NCBI GenBank assembly: GCA_965153355.1
Contig: OZ231126.1
Span: 17,174,001 to 17,238,000, forward strand
Source of the DNA: Flaccisagitta enflata
Taxonomy: Eukaryota
Length of the DNA: 64,000 nucleotides
Direction: 5' to 3'
Shown here: positions 42,746 to 64,000 of the stretch, in pieces
How the letters are laid out: each line of letters begins with the position of its first letter
Numbering within the stretch: the stretch's first letter is position 1
Translations under genes and position numbers: made by a program
Notes under the pieces: model-generated
What the model saw: the letters and a program-made list of their open reading frames with translations, nothing else
The model's database searches: none
Told to the model about the DNA's origin: nothing

Positions 42746-43796
42746 AGGAGCGAATGGGAAAGCAAGCAAGATGGAGTGGGGATGAAAGGTAGTGGGGAGG
42801 AAAGGAAGTGGGGGGGGGGGGAAGGATGGGGAGAATGAAGGCGATTTTCTAGCAAAGACTCGAGAAAATGAAGGAATAAAATAGGAACCGAGTTTCAAAG
42901 GGAAAAAAATCATACGAGGGCTTACACGTCGATCTTCAAGAAAATAAGATAAAGGAAAATCGAAGAGAAGAAAAAGACAATTCACCGTGTAGAATAAAAG
43001 AAAATAAAAGAATAGAATGAAGAATCGGAAGAAGGAGGAGAGAAAGAAATTGGAAACGTTGCAGTGAATGGATCGATGGTGCGCTGTCAAGTATGGTACA
43101 GATGTAACATTCGCAATTACGCAGTGTTGTACGGGGACCTCTGCCTCTGGCTAGATCGCTGCTACGGGTCCTTCTGCTATCCAGCTTTGACTGTCACTGC
43201 CTCGCCTCCTTTGCTTCCTCTTCCTCCTCATTGGCTGTTGCTCTGCTTCTCCTCTGCTACCTGCCTCAATCCCCTTTTACTCTGCTCTTCCTTGCTGACT
43301 GCTGCATCTATGGTCTAGCGTCTGGGAGAGGCTCCCTCACCCATCCTTAAGGCGCGCCTCTCTCTTCTCCTGCTCATTTATGTTGTTGATGTTGTTAATA
43401 ACCGGGGGAGCCTACCCGGGCGAGATGAGCATGAATCGGCATCTGATTTTTATACAGGCCATGCGATCCACCATGTTGGGCCATGCCATTGGATCTTTTT
43501 GTGTAAGACTCCTGTCAATGTCGTGTCAACATGCTGTCTGCTTCGACCATAAGGGGAGCATTATTTCCATCATAACTACAGCTACACGCTACGCTACCAA
43601 TGCGACGTCTGAGAGGGTAACCTAGACGGGAATCGATCCCGCGAGATTGTTGGATTTTCTTGGTTTTCAAATTCCCAATGAGTATGAATCGAAGAAGGAA
43701 TTGGTATTTTCTTAGAGACAGTGTATCGAATTTCGAAACAGCGCATTGGTGCTAGATTGGGCAATGTGTTTCACATATATACCGACAATTCAAACG

Positions 43797-43859
<63 letters not shown>

Positions 43860-44130
43860 CCCTAAATCTGTGTTTGTCACGTACATGCGATCGAGGCCGC
43901 ATAGCAGATATGCTTCGCTTTTTGTCGCGGACTCGTGACTCCATCATAGGCTTCGTCTGTCCGTTGGTCCATTGGTCCGTCCCTCTGTAGGTGTCGCATT
44001 ACCGCCCCTGCCCGGCCATTCGCATCGACTTATTTACCCGGCGGTACTTCTTTTCAACATGCATCAAAGTATCGAGGTTGAAGAAGGCTAAAATGGCCCT
44101 CAAATAATGGAATTTTGGACGTTATTTTCT

Positions 44131-44221
<91 letters not shown>

Positions 44222-45432
44222 AAATATTTTATTCATTGCTGATACACAACCCTTTTTAGTCCAATTAGTCCTTTACATCATTTTATGAGCAATAAAAATG
44301 TTAAGACATGTTGAAAGGGGTTAAAAGTATAAAAAAGTGTTAGAAGACGTCTGTCTGTCTGTCTGAATGTCCCACTTAATCTAAAAGTACCGACGCTCGC
44401 GACGCTGGTCTAATGACCATGTTTTAAACTCACATTTTAAATTGTTTTCATCGCCATTTTTGCACGGTTTAACGTGATCTGGATTTGATAAATGTAAGGC
44501 AAAACTATTCCACCAACAACCTCATACGTGAGTTTTTAACATCGAATCCACAACAAACATCTTACAATAAAACATTCAATTAACAAATGTACATGAACCA
44601 ATTGTAGGAACCCTTTGTACCATCAAACCAACATATTCAAACCGGCATATTAACCATTTCAGAAGAAAAAAAACCTTGGAACCAACTTACAAATCAATCT
44701 TACAACCAATTTAGACAATGTACCATTTCGCCTAAACAACCAAAAGAATCACGGACAAAAAAAAACAGCGAGAAGAGAGAAAAAAAGAGGTATTTGTCAA
44801 AATTCGCGCCGGAATTTGAAAACGAAACCCACTAAAGTCTAAACTCTTTTTTCTTTTGCTTTTTCATTTCCTAGAATTCAGCTTTTGCGAACCGACTGTG
44901 AAAAGAGAAGAATAGACGAGAAAAAAATACTCGAAGAAAAAAAAATGACAATCGAGAAAAACAGGTGAATGAAAAATGGGTCCTCAAAACGAGGGAAATG
45001 GAGTCACTGGAGACACTGACTGGGCTTGAAGAGGAAAAAAAAACAAGGAAAAAAAAAGAACAAGGAAAAAGTGGGAAAATTCGGAGAGAAAAAAAAACAA
45101 GACAGAAGAAAGGGTGAAGGCCATGGATGGCAAAAAGAGATAAAAAGATAATATAAAAAAACAGGAAATCTTGTTTTTCAAAAGAGGAAGAAAGGCGGAA
45201 AGAAAAAAAAGGAGAATAGAAAAAACTAACACAGTGACAAAAAAAACGGTTATTCGACATTTGCAATTGGAAGAGCAAACTCAACCGAGAGTGAAAAGAA
45301 AAGGAAAGGGACAAAGGAAGAAAATAAAATAGAATAAAAGAAAGAAATGAAATAAAGAGGGAACGACGGAACATGACAAACTAGAGAAGGAGAAAAAAAG
45401 AAAGAAGAAGAGTATTAAGAGACAATAAAAAG

Positions 45433-45541
45433 ATGATGTTGATGGAGTTTGAGAACCCGGCTTTTGTCCCCGACGGACTCACCGCAGATAAATACGAAAG
45501 TGACGACTATGAGGGTGACAGCGAAGAAGAGGATGGAGTGG

Positions 45542-45636
<95 letters not shown>

Positions 45637-46270
45637 CGGAAAGACGGTTTTCTGACGACTGGAACGCCGACAAAGAGCAACGCCAACCAAGCCGACTACG
45701 TTCGCGACTCCCACGGAAGGGGAAGGACGAGGGGAGAAAAGATCATGAAAATGATGATGAGTTTGGGTAATGGTGATAAAGGAGGGTCATCGACGGGAGG
45801 AGGAGGGGGAGTGACCGGTGGAGAGGGGAATGATGGCGAGAGTAGAAAAAGAGACGAGAGAGCAAACGGAGAAGAAGAAGGAATGAAAAATGTAAGGAGA
45901 GGAAATACGAGAAGAAGAGAAGAAGGAGGAAAAGGAGAGAGGGTAGAGGGAGAAGAAGAGGAAGACAGGAGGAAGATGGAGATTTCCCCTTTTGGGAAAA
46001 AAAGGGAAATGAGAAAAGAAGGAAATGGAGAAAATGGAGAAGCAAATCTGGTCCGAGTCGCGGAAGGCGGATCAAATCAAAGCCGTCGGGGAATTCTCAA
46101 TGGAGGATTCGATTCGCCACCAGAAACGCCGTCACCGTCACCACCGCCGCCACCACCACCGCCGCACTCGCCTCCTCCGCCGCCGCCACCGCCGCCGTCG
46201 TCAAGGGAATCACCGCCACTCGACAGCGACCGGAAGTGGCGCAATCAAGTCAATCAAACACACACTTTAG
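45433..46270 (+). CDS. First coding exon of a giant low-complexity protein with a C-terminal Jiraiya/TMEM221-like domain
   Basis: ORF starts at ATG 45433 and encodes acidic, polyQ and polyP tracts. A donor (TTAG|GTAATG) follows 46270 in phase 1, matching the acceptor at 55316. A possible upstream acceptor (ttttcatttcctag) ends at 44874. Confidence 0.7.
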
Positions 46271-46595
46271 GTAATGTTCGATTCTAGAAATCTAGGAATC
46301 ATTTTATTTGAGAAGTGGAGTTGATGGTGTGGGGTTTAGGAATCCTTTGGGTTAGAATTGGGAAAAAAAATTAAAAGAGGGTACGGGGATAATGGATTAT
46401 GGGGAGGTGTGGGCTAATGGATGAATCTTACACAAAGAGTTGAGAACTGACAAGAAAACTCGAATGAAGAATTTTCTGTCTACAAACCGAAGTATTCGTA
46501 ATATGGGACTTCTTAAAATGGCAGTCTTGGCAGTGGTACTTTATATTGGCAGTGCTTTCTACATTGAGCGCATAAATTTCTTTTTTCAATATTTA

Positions 46596-47561
46596 CAGTA
46601 GATGTCGTCAATACGGGGAACTAGTTGCTTGAATATCTTATCTGAAGAGTGATCAATATTTTGTTTGTCAAATGTTTGATTAGGCTCTAAAGGGTTGACA
46701 ATGACTTTTCAGACAATGCAAATTGCCACAAAAGCTCTAGATTCCAACTTGTACCCTATGAAAAAGGGTAAGCACATCTCGCTATGCTTTAAGAGTAAAA
46801 TGTTGAGATGTTTGGTTAGTTCTGCTAGATTCAAAGAAATCTTTTAATGACCTACCATATAACGCTGACAACATTAGCAATTCATGCAAAATTCTATTTG
46901 ATTTGCATAACTCGCATTCTACAGGGTGTATCATGCCAAATTAGATATAAGAAAACGATGGCATTCTGCTTCTAAAAGTGCAAAAATAATTTTGAAAAAA
47001 GATTCAAAGAGCACATGAGCTCCGGTTTTTTGTGTAAAAATTTCATGGGTCTGGGTCATTTATTGTAGCCACAATATCAATTTGAAATGAATTGAGCATT
47101 TAGAGGGGAAGCACTTTGAACATGATTTTGATTCTGAAAGTTTTTTTTTTTTTTTTAATTGCTCTCATTTCTAAACGACTTAAGTTACAGATGCCAGATT
47201 GGTCCCAAATTAAAGCTTATCAAATTTTCTTTAATTTGAGACCAATCTGGCAAATGTGGCTCAAGCCGTTTAGAAATGAGAGCAATTCAAAGAAAAGCTT
47301 TCAGCATCACAATCATATCCAAAAAGTTTCTCCTTTAAATGCTCAGTTCACTTCAAATTAATGTTGTGGCTAGAATATTTGACCCAGACTCATAATATTT
47401 TGACACAAAAAACCGGAGCTTGTATGCTCTTTGAATCTTTTTTCAGATCTATTTTTGCACTTTCAGTAGCAGAATGCCATCGTTTTCTTATATCTAATTT
47501 GGCATGATACACCTTGTAGTATTGAGTTCCCTTATTTTAGAAGTCTAGACGACATCCTCTG
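46596..47561. mobile_element. CAGTAGATGTCGTC-family MITE with a nested palindromic MITE (46922-47516)
   Basis: Outer TIR related to 24841-25414; inner ta|CAGGGTGTATCATGCCAAATTAGATATAAG ... CTTATATCTAATTTGGCATGATACACCTTG|ta. Confidence 0.85.
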
Positions 47562-47620
47562 TACATTTTTGACCGTAAAAACGTGGTTTCCAAGCTATTT
47601 GTCGTTTTTTTAAAATTCAT

Positions 47621-47663
<43 letters not shown>

Positions 47664-48721
47664 TGAGCCATGAGATGTTTTAGCTTTAGAAATGGAAGAA
47701 AACATTGTTCAAGTTCTTTTTTGTCGTGAGATAGAGAAGTTAAAAAATGTGCGATGAATCGAGTCTCTTTAGATTGGTAAGATGACCTTTATTTCTGTCC
47801 GTTTTTGGCTTTTGAATCACGTAAAATATCGAACATTATGGTGTCAATTTCGTGTCAGTGCGAGATTGCATCTGTACCACCCCCTCCTCCCCCCCACCTC
47901 TTTCCGTCAGTAACCCCATGATGTCTGTTTCAAAAAGTGCCTCAACATGCAACAATGCTCTAATTTTGGCCAAAAAAAAAAACATATTTTTTCCACTCGG
48001 AGAAGGGCAAAAGAAAAACGAACTTCCCCCTGTCTCCTCTGGAGGTAGAAGTGACGGGCTAACAAAAATGTACAAGAAGTTCATGATCATGTTAACTGTC
48101 AAATGGAAAACAAAAACAGAATGACATCCCTCCCATGAGAAATACCATGATGTATCTAAGAAAGGAATTCAAGCTAGAACGTAAGGTCGCTCTCACAAGA
48201 GCTTTCATGGCAAAAAGTATCAGAGATCGCAGATTCCCAAAGGCAATAGATAAAGTTGCTTTTCCACGGCAAATATAAAGAAAGCCGCACACGACATATC
48301 TTTACGGGGCACCGATTTTCCTTTGACGTCTATTTCGGTCAAAATGTCACAGTTGTGATGTGACCTTAACAACAAAGGCATTTAGCAGTTTGTTTCCCAT
48401 TTTGTGACTTGTGAGAGAACCGCTTCCTAAGGATCGTTGAATTGGGAATAGACCACATAAGGGTCACACCATCACGACAAGCTTAACAGAGCGCGATGAT
48501 GGCAACAAGAGCAAACGGACGTAATGAGATTCCCTTTTCTTGAACCTATACAGCGAGGGGTTGCAATATCTTAGTGGAAGGGGATAGAATTGTTATTCAC
48601 TACTCCGATGGATGGAGCAACAAATGGTCGGATCGCCAACAGTCGCTAGTCTAGTCTAAACGGAATCTACTGTACCAGTTTTATTTTTACTTTTATTTTA
48701 CTTTATTTCTGTTGCTTTCCC

Positions 48722-49310
48722 TTTTGGGCAGCGGCCCCGGAGGGGCCGATGACCTATTATTCCACATAGGGCAATTTTCTCCGGTTTCCGTTTTCCGTCC
48801 GTCCGTCCATCCGTCCGTCCGTCCCCCCCCCCTCCCCCAAGCCTCAAAAAAAGCCTCTCAGACCCCAAATCAGGCCTTTTCGACTCCAAATCAGACCTTT
48901 CTGACCCCAAAGCAGGCTTCTCAGACCTCAAATCGGGCCTCTCAGACCCCAAATCAGGCCTCCCAGACCCCAGATCAGGCTTCTCAGACCCCAAATTAGG
49001 CCCCTCAGATCCAAATCAGGCCTCAGACCCCATGTCAGGCTTTTCAGACCCCAAATTAGACTCCTCAGACCCAAATAAGGTCTTTCAGACCTCAAATCAA
49101 GCCTCGCAAACCCCAAACCACGCCTCTCACACCGTAAATCAGACCTTTCAGAGCCAAAATCAGGCCTCTCAGCCCTCCAAACCAGCTTCTCAAACGGGAG
49201 AAAATTGTCCTATGTGAAATCACTGCTGCCCCTCTCATAATCTCATTCCCACATACACTAACATAGGGGCATCGGGTATCGCTGACCATGTAACACTTTT
49301 GCGACTATTT
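48722..49310 (+). mobile_element. DINE-like element, family B, with 21-bp minisatellite
   Basis: Family B termini; (CAGACCCCAAATCAGGCCTCT)n. Confidence 0.75.
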
Positions 49311-50121
49311 TTATCTCATAGGAAAGCATTTTGCGTCTATACCACGAATTTGTTTGTGACCCGATAAAGAAAGAGAAAGGGAAAAAAACTTGAGCACAAA
49401 CATTTGCGGGTCAGAGTCTGACAGATCGTGCAAACAAACTAACGCCACCTAAGTGGATGAAGGGGATATAAGAGGAAACAAACTGGGATACATTCTCCGA
49501 GTCATTGCCCCAAAAATGGATGTATATATGGTTTATTATTCAACTAACAGGGTGAGCAAAAAAATTGGTATTTACATATTATCACTGAAACCATACTTCT
49601 AGATGGCCCAGTAAGATGAAATTTGAAACACAATCTCACAATTTGGCCTACTGATTGCTTAAGTGCATAGGTTTTGCATTCAACTTCCCTGGTTTGCGAA
49701 AAAGGTAGTTTTGTTGTAGGTATACTCTTCAATTTTACTAGATTTTTACCGGGTTTCACTTCTTACTTCTTTTTTATCTAAGAAATGTCATTTCAGCAAA
49801 AATCATATGGTGAAATGTTGAGATGACAAGCTTTTGAGTCGGGTAGTACTGACCATGTCCGCCAACGTCTTGCTTGCCTAATCTGTCGACCAAGAAACGC
49901 CACACTGAGCTTAATGTTAATGTTCTCCCTCCCTCGCTGAGTGTAAAGAAGAAACGATGGCCTTTGTCTCGACCGACAAACGACCTTTTTGCTCTTTCAT
50001 TTGCATATGTTCCTTCACATAGACGGGATACAAGCCTTTATTTGCCGTGGTACTACTATTGGGGTGAATATCCTCGTGTGCACCGGAAAGTTGGGTGTCC
50101 CCTATGGTTGGAACTTCAGGT

Positions 50122-50315
50122 TTTGTTAGGCAGCGGCCCAAAAGGGACCAAAGTCCTGTAAAACATAGAAGGACTTTCATTTGTTTGTCCATCCGTTTGT
50201 CTATCCGTTCATTTGTCCCCCCCCTCAAGCTCAAATTCACTCAAATTCACAATCATGCAAAGCAGGACGTTGCCATTGAGTATCACTCATTCCATATTGC
50301 CCTGGGGCCACTGGT
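50122..50315 (+). mobile_element. Truncated family B element
   Basis: GGCAGCGGCCC..AAGTCCTGTA head; CAATCATGCAAAGCAGG tail. Confidence 0.6.
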
Positions 50316-50476
50316 TTACGGCTAACGATTGGGTTAAGGTTGGGGATTGGGTTGGGTATAGGGTTGGATATGAAATTAGGGTTAGGCCTGGGCCTGGAGC
50401 TAAGGATGGGTTTGTCTAAATAAATTTCAGCTTTTAATAGCTTAAGACAGCCCTAGTGATTTTTTTGGGAAAAATA

Positions 50477-50798
50477 CAGGCCTGTATATTGTTCCGTATC
50501 CCCCCCCCCCCGTGGAGAGGGGGAAATAAAGGATTTGGAGAAAGGGAAGGAAAATGAAAAAGAAAAAAAGAGAAAAAAAGAAAATTTGGGGAAAATATAA
50601 CTTTTGGCAGTAACAAATCATAGAACATGATTAGTAAAACACAATTTAACACTTAACTTAAAATACACTGTTTTATCGCTTTATATAGAAGAAAATCATA
50701 CATTTGGTAACGCGACGCAATGTATTACAGGGAAGAGATTCAAAGGCTGGGGGGGGGGGGGGAAATAATCAAAGGTTATGGAACTACATACACCCCTG
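50477..50798. mobile_element. hAT-type MITE
   Basis: CAGG...CCTG termini, subterminal poly-C/poly-G, 8-bp TSD GAAAAATA. Confidence 0.8.
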
Positions 50799-51032
50799 GA
50801 AAAATAGGTGCACGAGTATTTACAAAAGAAATCTCTGAAAGCTGTTTCTCTTTTCTCCTTATTTTACTAAACATTGTCTATGCCATAAAGCACACTCCTG
50901 TACGAGCGTGATTCAATTTTCTAAGTCTAATCAAGAATTTTTAACTTCATCTTTTTTTTTCTACTAGATTAGCATTTCTTTTTTAGTTGAGCATAATCAG
51001 TTTTCTCTTTTTCCATATGGACATTTATTTCT

Positions 51033-52110
51033 TTTTTTAGTCGCGTGCTACACGACTCTACACCCCACTTTGTCGGTCGGTCGGTCTGTCCGTCCGTCCA
51101 TCCGTCGGTCCGTCACACTTTACTTTTTTTGGATTTTTGCGGTCTCTGGCCTCACTGCTTCTGCCCAAATGATGCATTGACCTCAATTACGGCCCCTGCC
51201 CACCCGCACGCGACTGGGGTAGCCCACAGTGCTCCGGATGCTACCACCACAAAAAATAAGTACCCACCACCCCCCTATCACCCGCTAATCACCACCCATT
51301 TACCTACACAGTGCTCCGGATCCCACCATCACAAAAAATAAGTTCCCATCACCCCCCTATCACCCCCTAATCACCACCCATTTACCTACACAGTGCTCTG
51401 GACCCCACCACCACAAAAAAAAAGTACCCATCACCCCCCTATCACCCCCTAATCACCACCCATTTACCTACACAGTGCTCCGGATCCCACCACCACAAAA
51501 AATAAGTACCCATCACCCCCCTATCAACCCCTAATCACCACCCATTTATCTATACAGTCAGCGGACAAAACACAATAGGTATATATATCACTCCGCTAGT
51601 TTTGATCCAACCCTCTGATGTTGAACAGAATGCTGTAAACAACAACTGGTTGTTAAAATTACAGCCGGCTGTTAAGTGACAAAGTTGGCAAAAATCCAAC
51701 TTTCATCAAATAGAATGAGACTTGCAGATTCATAATCCTGATGAAATTATGAGAAGTTTGATACGTCACACTTAACAATTTTTGTAAGAAATGTTTTTTT
51801 TAACATTATATCATAATTGAATTAAACATTGATAAAATTTTTTATATTTTCATATAAAAGTATATATTGTGACATATCAAACTTCTCAAAATTTCATCAG
51901 GATTATGAATCTGCAGGTCTCATTCTATTTGGTGAAAGTTGGATTTTCACCAACTTTGTAACGTAACAGCCGGCTGTAACTTTAACAACCAGTTGTTGTT
52001 TACAGCATTCTGTTCATCATCAGTGGGTTGGATCAAAACCAACGGAGTGATATAAATACCTATTGTGTTTTGTCCGCTGACTGTATATAGCCGTGTAACC
52101 GGCCTTGTTT
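51033..52110 (+). mobile_element. Family A element interrupted by a ~78-bp tandem repeat (x4) and a palindromic MITE
   Basis: Family A head at 51033; repeats at 51225-51555; terminal GCCGTGTAACCGGCCTTGTT at ~52090-52109. Confidence 0.7.
51555..52083. mobile_element. Palindromic Tc1/mariner-type MITE
   Basis: ta|CAGTCAGCGGACAAAACACAATAGG ... CCTATTGTGTTTTGTCCGCTGACTG|ta. Confidence 0.9.
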
Positions 52111-52358
52111 TCTAAGCGTCTGATTTGAGCTGCTCAATATGGAAATTGGCAGTGTACATAGGAAACTGCTCACCAGGGATGTTGAGAGGGGATGACATCC
52201 TCGCCCAAGGCAAGGGGCATGGGAGGGGCCCCTGGAAAGAGCAAAAAAGAAAATGGCTACCCAAAGGCAGTGAGTGGTCAGCCATAACTGTGGCCTGCAT
52301 GAGTAGGTTGTGATTTAAATTGAGGGGAGCAGGGGAAAAAAGGTTGAAAAAAAAAATA

Positions 52359-52694
52359 CCGTATTTTCTCCATAAAGCGCCCCCCCTCCAAAAAGCGCCC
52401 CCCCCCATTGTTTTTCTTAGTGTCACACTCTTCAGAAAAGATTTGCAGAAAATATAAAGTATAATGATGTAAAAACACAACACAATGAGCTATTTTCACT
52501 GACTTTCTGATAGATATATGCAATGAATATCTCTATTTCAAGTCAAATTTAGCATTTTGATTGCCTTTCATGAAAAAGATGGATCGAATAATAGTTAATC
52601 TTCAATACAAAGGGGGCGCTATTTGGAGGGTCAAAGAGCAAAGTCATATTTCAATTTCAAAAGCGCCCGGGGCGCTTTTTTAGAGAAAATACGG
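52359..52694. mobile_element. TA-flanked MITE (pogo/Tc1-like CCGT termini)
   Basis: ta|CCGTATTTTCTC..AAAGCGCCCC ... GGGGCGCTTT..GAGAAAATACGG|ta. Confidence 0.8.
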
Positions 52695-53108
52695 TAATGA
52701 TAATTGAATAGGGCTCCGGGCTCCTAAGGATCTAAGAAAGGGTCGCCCAGACATACACATTTTTCCAAGCTTCCGGGGAGCACACATTTCCCCTATAAAA
52801 TTTCCGACACACCTTTCCCCCCTCCCTCCCTAATGCTGATCATGCTGTGTTCAACAGTTTTTTATATTGTAGATGATGGAAAAAACTTTTGTGAAATGCT
52901 AGAATGACACTGCTCAGAAGATTCCGGCCATTTTACAAACTTTTATGAGATTTAAAAGGTAAAATGATAACATAATCTACCAATGTCAATTGTGCCCAAA
53001 GGCCAAGGCATTGCATTGCCTCAACTTCATGAGGCACTTATTAGAGAGGATAAGCGGATTAGGGGAAATTTGAAGAAAGGAAACAACAAACAAACAAACA
53101 AAACTTCC

Positions 53109-53570
53109 TTTTTGGGCAGCGGCCCCAAAGGGCCGATGTCCTGTAGGACACAGGGGTGAATTTCCAGATGTCTGTACGTCCATCCGTCTGTACGTCCCCC
53201 CCCTCCCGAAGCTTCTCAAGCCTCAAATTTCCATTGAATAATATGGGAAATTGATAAATTACAAACTTCCTATTAAATAACAAAGAAAATTAACACAAAA
53301 GTGAAAAACTGCATGATTCCCATTGAATAACATAGAAAATAATGAAAATTGAGAAAAATGTCAAATTCCCATTGAATAACATGGTAAATTGACAAGAAAT
53401 TGGAAAACATGGAAAGTTGCTACCAAGGCCTCAAATATGCCCTCTCAGGACGTCTGGAAATTCACCACTGTGTCCTACAGCTGCCCTGCTCTCACTCCAA
53501 TTCTTCAGCTAATCACTCCAAGCAGGGCATTGGGTACCGCTGACCATGTGCGATCCTTGGATGACTTGTT
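53109..53570 (+). mobile_element. DINE-like element, family B variant with CCATTGAATAA repeats
   Basis: Homologous to 12036-12487. Confidence 0.78.
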
Positions 53571-54681
53571 ATCTTTATCTCTTTCTCTTTCTGTCTCTTC
53601 TTTTCTTTCGTTTTTCCTTTCATTCTTTCATACTTTTTGATTTTTCCTTCTTTCTTCGGTTATTTCTTCCTCCTACTATTTCTTTCTTTTTTTTCTTTCT
53701 TTTTTCTGTCTTTTTTCTTTCTTTCTTTCCTTTTCTTTTCTTTCTTTCTTTCTCTTTTGTTATCAAGTTCCCTTTTTTCCCTTCCAAGAATTTCCGACGT
53801 GCCCCTTGCCTTTCCGAGGAGCGGCGCTCCCCGCTCCTCCACAATGTGTATGTCTGGGGTCGCCTAAAAGAAAAAGGCTGTAAAAAGGCCAGGAGGGACA
53901 AAGGGGGCCCGGGTGATGTGGATAAAGAAGTGAGTGGAGGGGCCCGCCATTTTTTTTTCAACGTCCCTGCTATTCGCGGCTTATTATTCTGGTTTGTTCC
54001 ATTCCAAATTTGACGATAAGACCGCTTCCTTCCGAAGGCAACATTTGTGTTTCAAAGAAGGTCAAAATAGAAAAAATGTATAAATCAAAATATAAAAATA
54101 AATGAATGAAAGTGATTTAGATAGCTCAGACATCATATTTAAAGGAAAAATTTGCATTTACTTAGCAAGAGGACCAAGTTTAGCCAATGTTACCAAAAAA
54201 ATTGTTTTGAAAATTTATGCTTATTTCATTTTTGGTCACTGACAAGGGGCTGGTCGAAATTCTAAATTTGCATAGGAAATGAAAAAATGAAAAAACAAAG
54301 AACATAGTTCTCCTCCTAAATCGATTACAGAGAGAACTATGTTTTTTAAAATGCAAAATTTCGACCTCAGAAAATGAAAAAAAGTGTAAGCAGAAATTCA
54401 CTAAAAAACATCATTTTCATGCTTATTTTCATGTTAAACGCATTGTTCAAAGTAAATTTTAGGTCAGAATATGATAAAAATGTATGCACCATGTGTCCTT
54501 AGAGACAATTTGTCCACTTGACGCATTCCAGCCTCATTATTGTCCTGATAATAATGCAATAAGTATTCTGAAACACTTCATTTTTCTTCATAAATTTTCT
54601 GTCATAATGAAATCGACTAAGATGACCAGAAATATCTTTAGCTTTGTATCTGATCTCATGGCATCGGCGCTGTAAAAAAAA

Positions 54682-54878
54682 AACAGGTGACGTGAAGTCG
54701 CAATATCTTTGCGGACGGGTGGGCAGGGGCAGTGGGCAAGCGTCCCCCCCCTTCCCCTCCCCCCCCCGCCCGCAAGATATACAAAAACCGTATCTAAATC
54801 GCTTATTACGGACCGATGGGCGGACGAAGGACCGTCGGAGCGACCGACGGTCAAAGCCTCTTGAGCGTCTGCAACTAT
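54682..54878 (-). mobile_element. DINE-like element, family A
   Basis: GCGGACGGGTGGGCAGGGG core; ends GCAACTA. Confidence 0.65.
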
Positions 54879-55199
54879 AAAGGGAGCAGCAGCTTAAGGA
54901 AATAATGAAATTGATTTTGTTTCACTCTATTGGCCGTTGATGAGATTTCCCATCTTACGGATACGACTATTGATTGAATCAACCCAACAGTGACAAATAT
55001 CAGATAATTTTTTACACAATTGTGACACCACGAGACTAAACCAATTAAGACCAAGCACATATTCAGCAGAAATGGATAGAAAAATAAGTTAAGTGAACAT
55101 CTTTCTAGGCATAAAACCATACAAAAGATCTGCGCCTCATCTTGATCTTGTTGAGAATCTGTATCTTGTTGAGAATCTAAAGAGCTTATTTTTTCACCA

Positions 55200-55306
<107 letters not shown>

Positions 55307-55316
55307 TTTCTCACAG

Positions 55317-63457
<8,141 letters not shown>

Positions 63458-63475
63458 GGTGACCTCGTCGATGCT

Positions 63476-63609
<134 letters not shown>

Positions 63610-64000
63610 CTTTTTTTCTTCAGTGAAAACTTTTCCACGTATCTTGTGCGTCTTACGCCTCATGAAATATTCGCATTCATCAATCACTGCCGCCCACTGG
63701 ACAAATCAAAAGAAATAAAAAACAAGGCACACCTGGAAACTGCCGAACTCTAACTCGGGGATGAAACCTTCCATGACGTTACCAACTTCCTTAGATGAGG
63801 ATGAAACTCAGTTTTATTACGTGATTAAACGCATTTAAAAGCATTAAAAATTCTGTATACATTTTTGATGTTAGAATCACCATTTGTTTTTGTTCGTTGC
63901 TTTTACGTATATGATATTTAGCGATCAAGCATGCAACATTTTGGTTGTTAAGAATTGTGAATGCGCACATTGTTAAAAATGTGATTAAGGGGAAAAAATA

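Noticed and set aside
43060-43630. GC-richer unique stretch upstream of the gene, with short ORFs
   Set aside because: No recognisable product or splice structure; may be promoter, UTR or repeat remnant.
47836-48660. CxxC-like words on the minus strand within the intron
   Set aside because: No continuous frame or recognisable domain; at most a decayed remnant.

Overview
Repeat-rich, AT-rich eukaryotic DNA, probably from an invertebrate animal (TTAGGG-type repeats, spliceosomal GT-AG intron). One protein-coding gene is well supported: a + strand gene with two coding exons (45433-46270 and 55317-63457, joined in frame, about 2,990 aa). Its product is mostly low-complexity (polyQ/N/T/S/D/P), with a C-terminal 4-TM domain resembling the Jiraiya/TMEM221 family and a terminal -STLV PDZ-type motif. 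The rest is microsatellites, two abundant DINE/Helentron-like non-autonomous families, Tc1/mariner-, hAT- and Harbinger-type MITEs, a Tc1 deletion derivative and a Penelope-like RT remnant. The most striking unexplained structure is a ~19.8 kb mirror-symmetric, CpG-poor locus at 13400-33219. It is bounded by 23-bp near-perfect inverted termini flanked by TA. Its two diverged arms carry arrays (3 + 8 copies) of a ~260-bp non-coding module, each with a near-invariant octamer site (ATGC[A/T]AAT). A second foldback element with short telomeric repeats and 10-bp satellites sits at its centre. All coordinates were read by eye; repeat boundaries may be off by a few to tens of bp.
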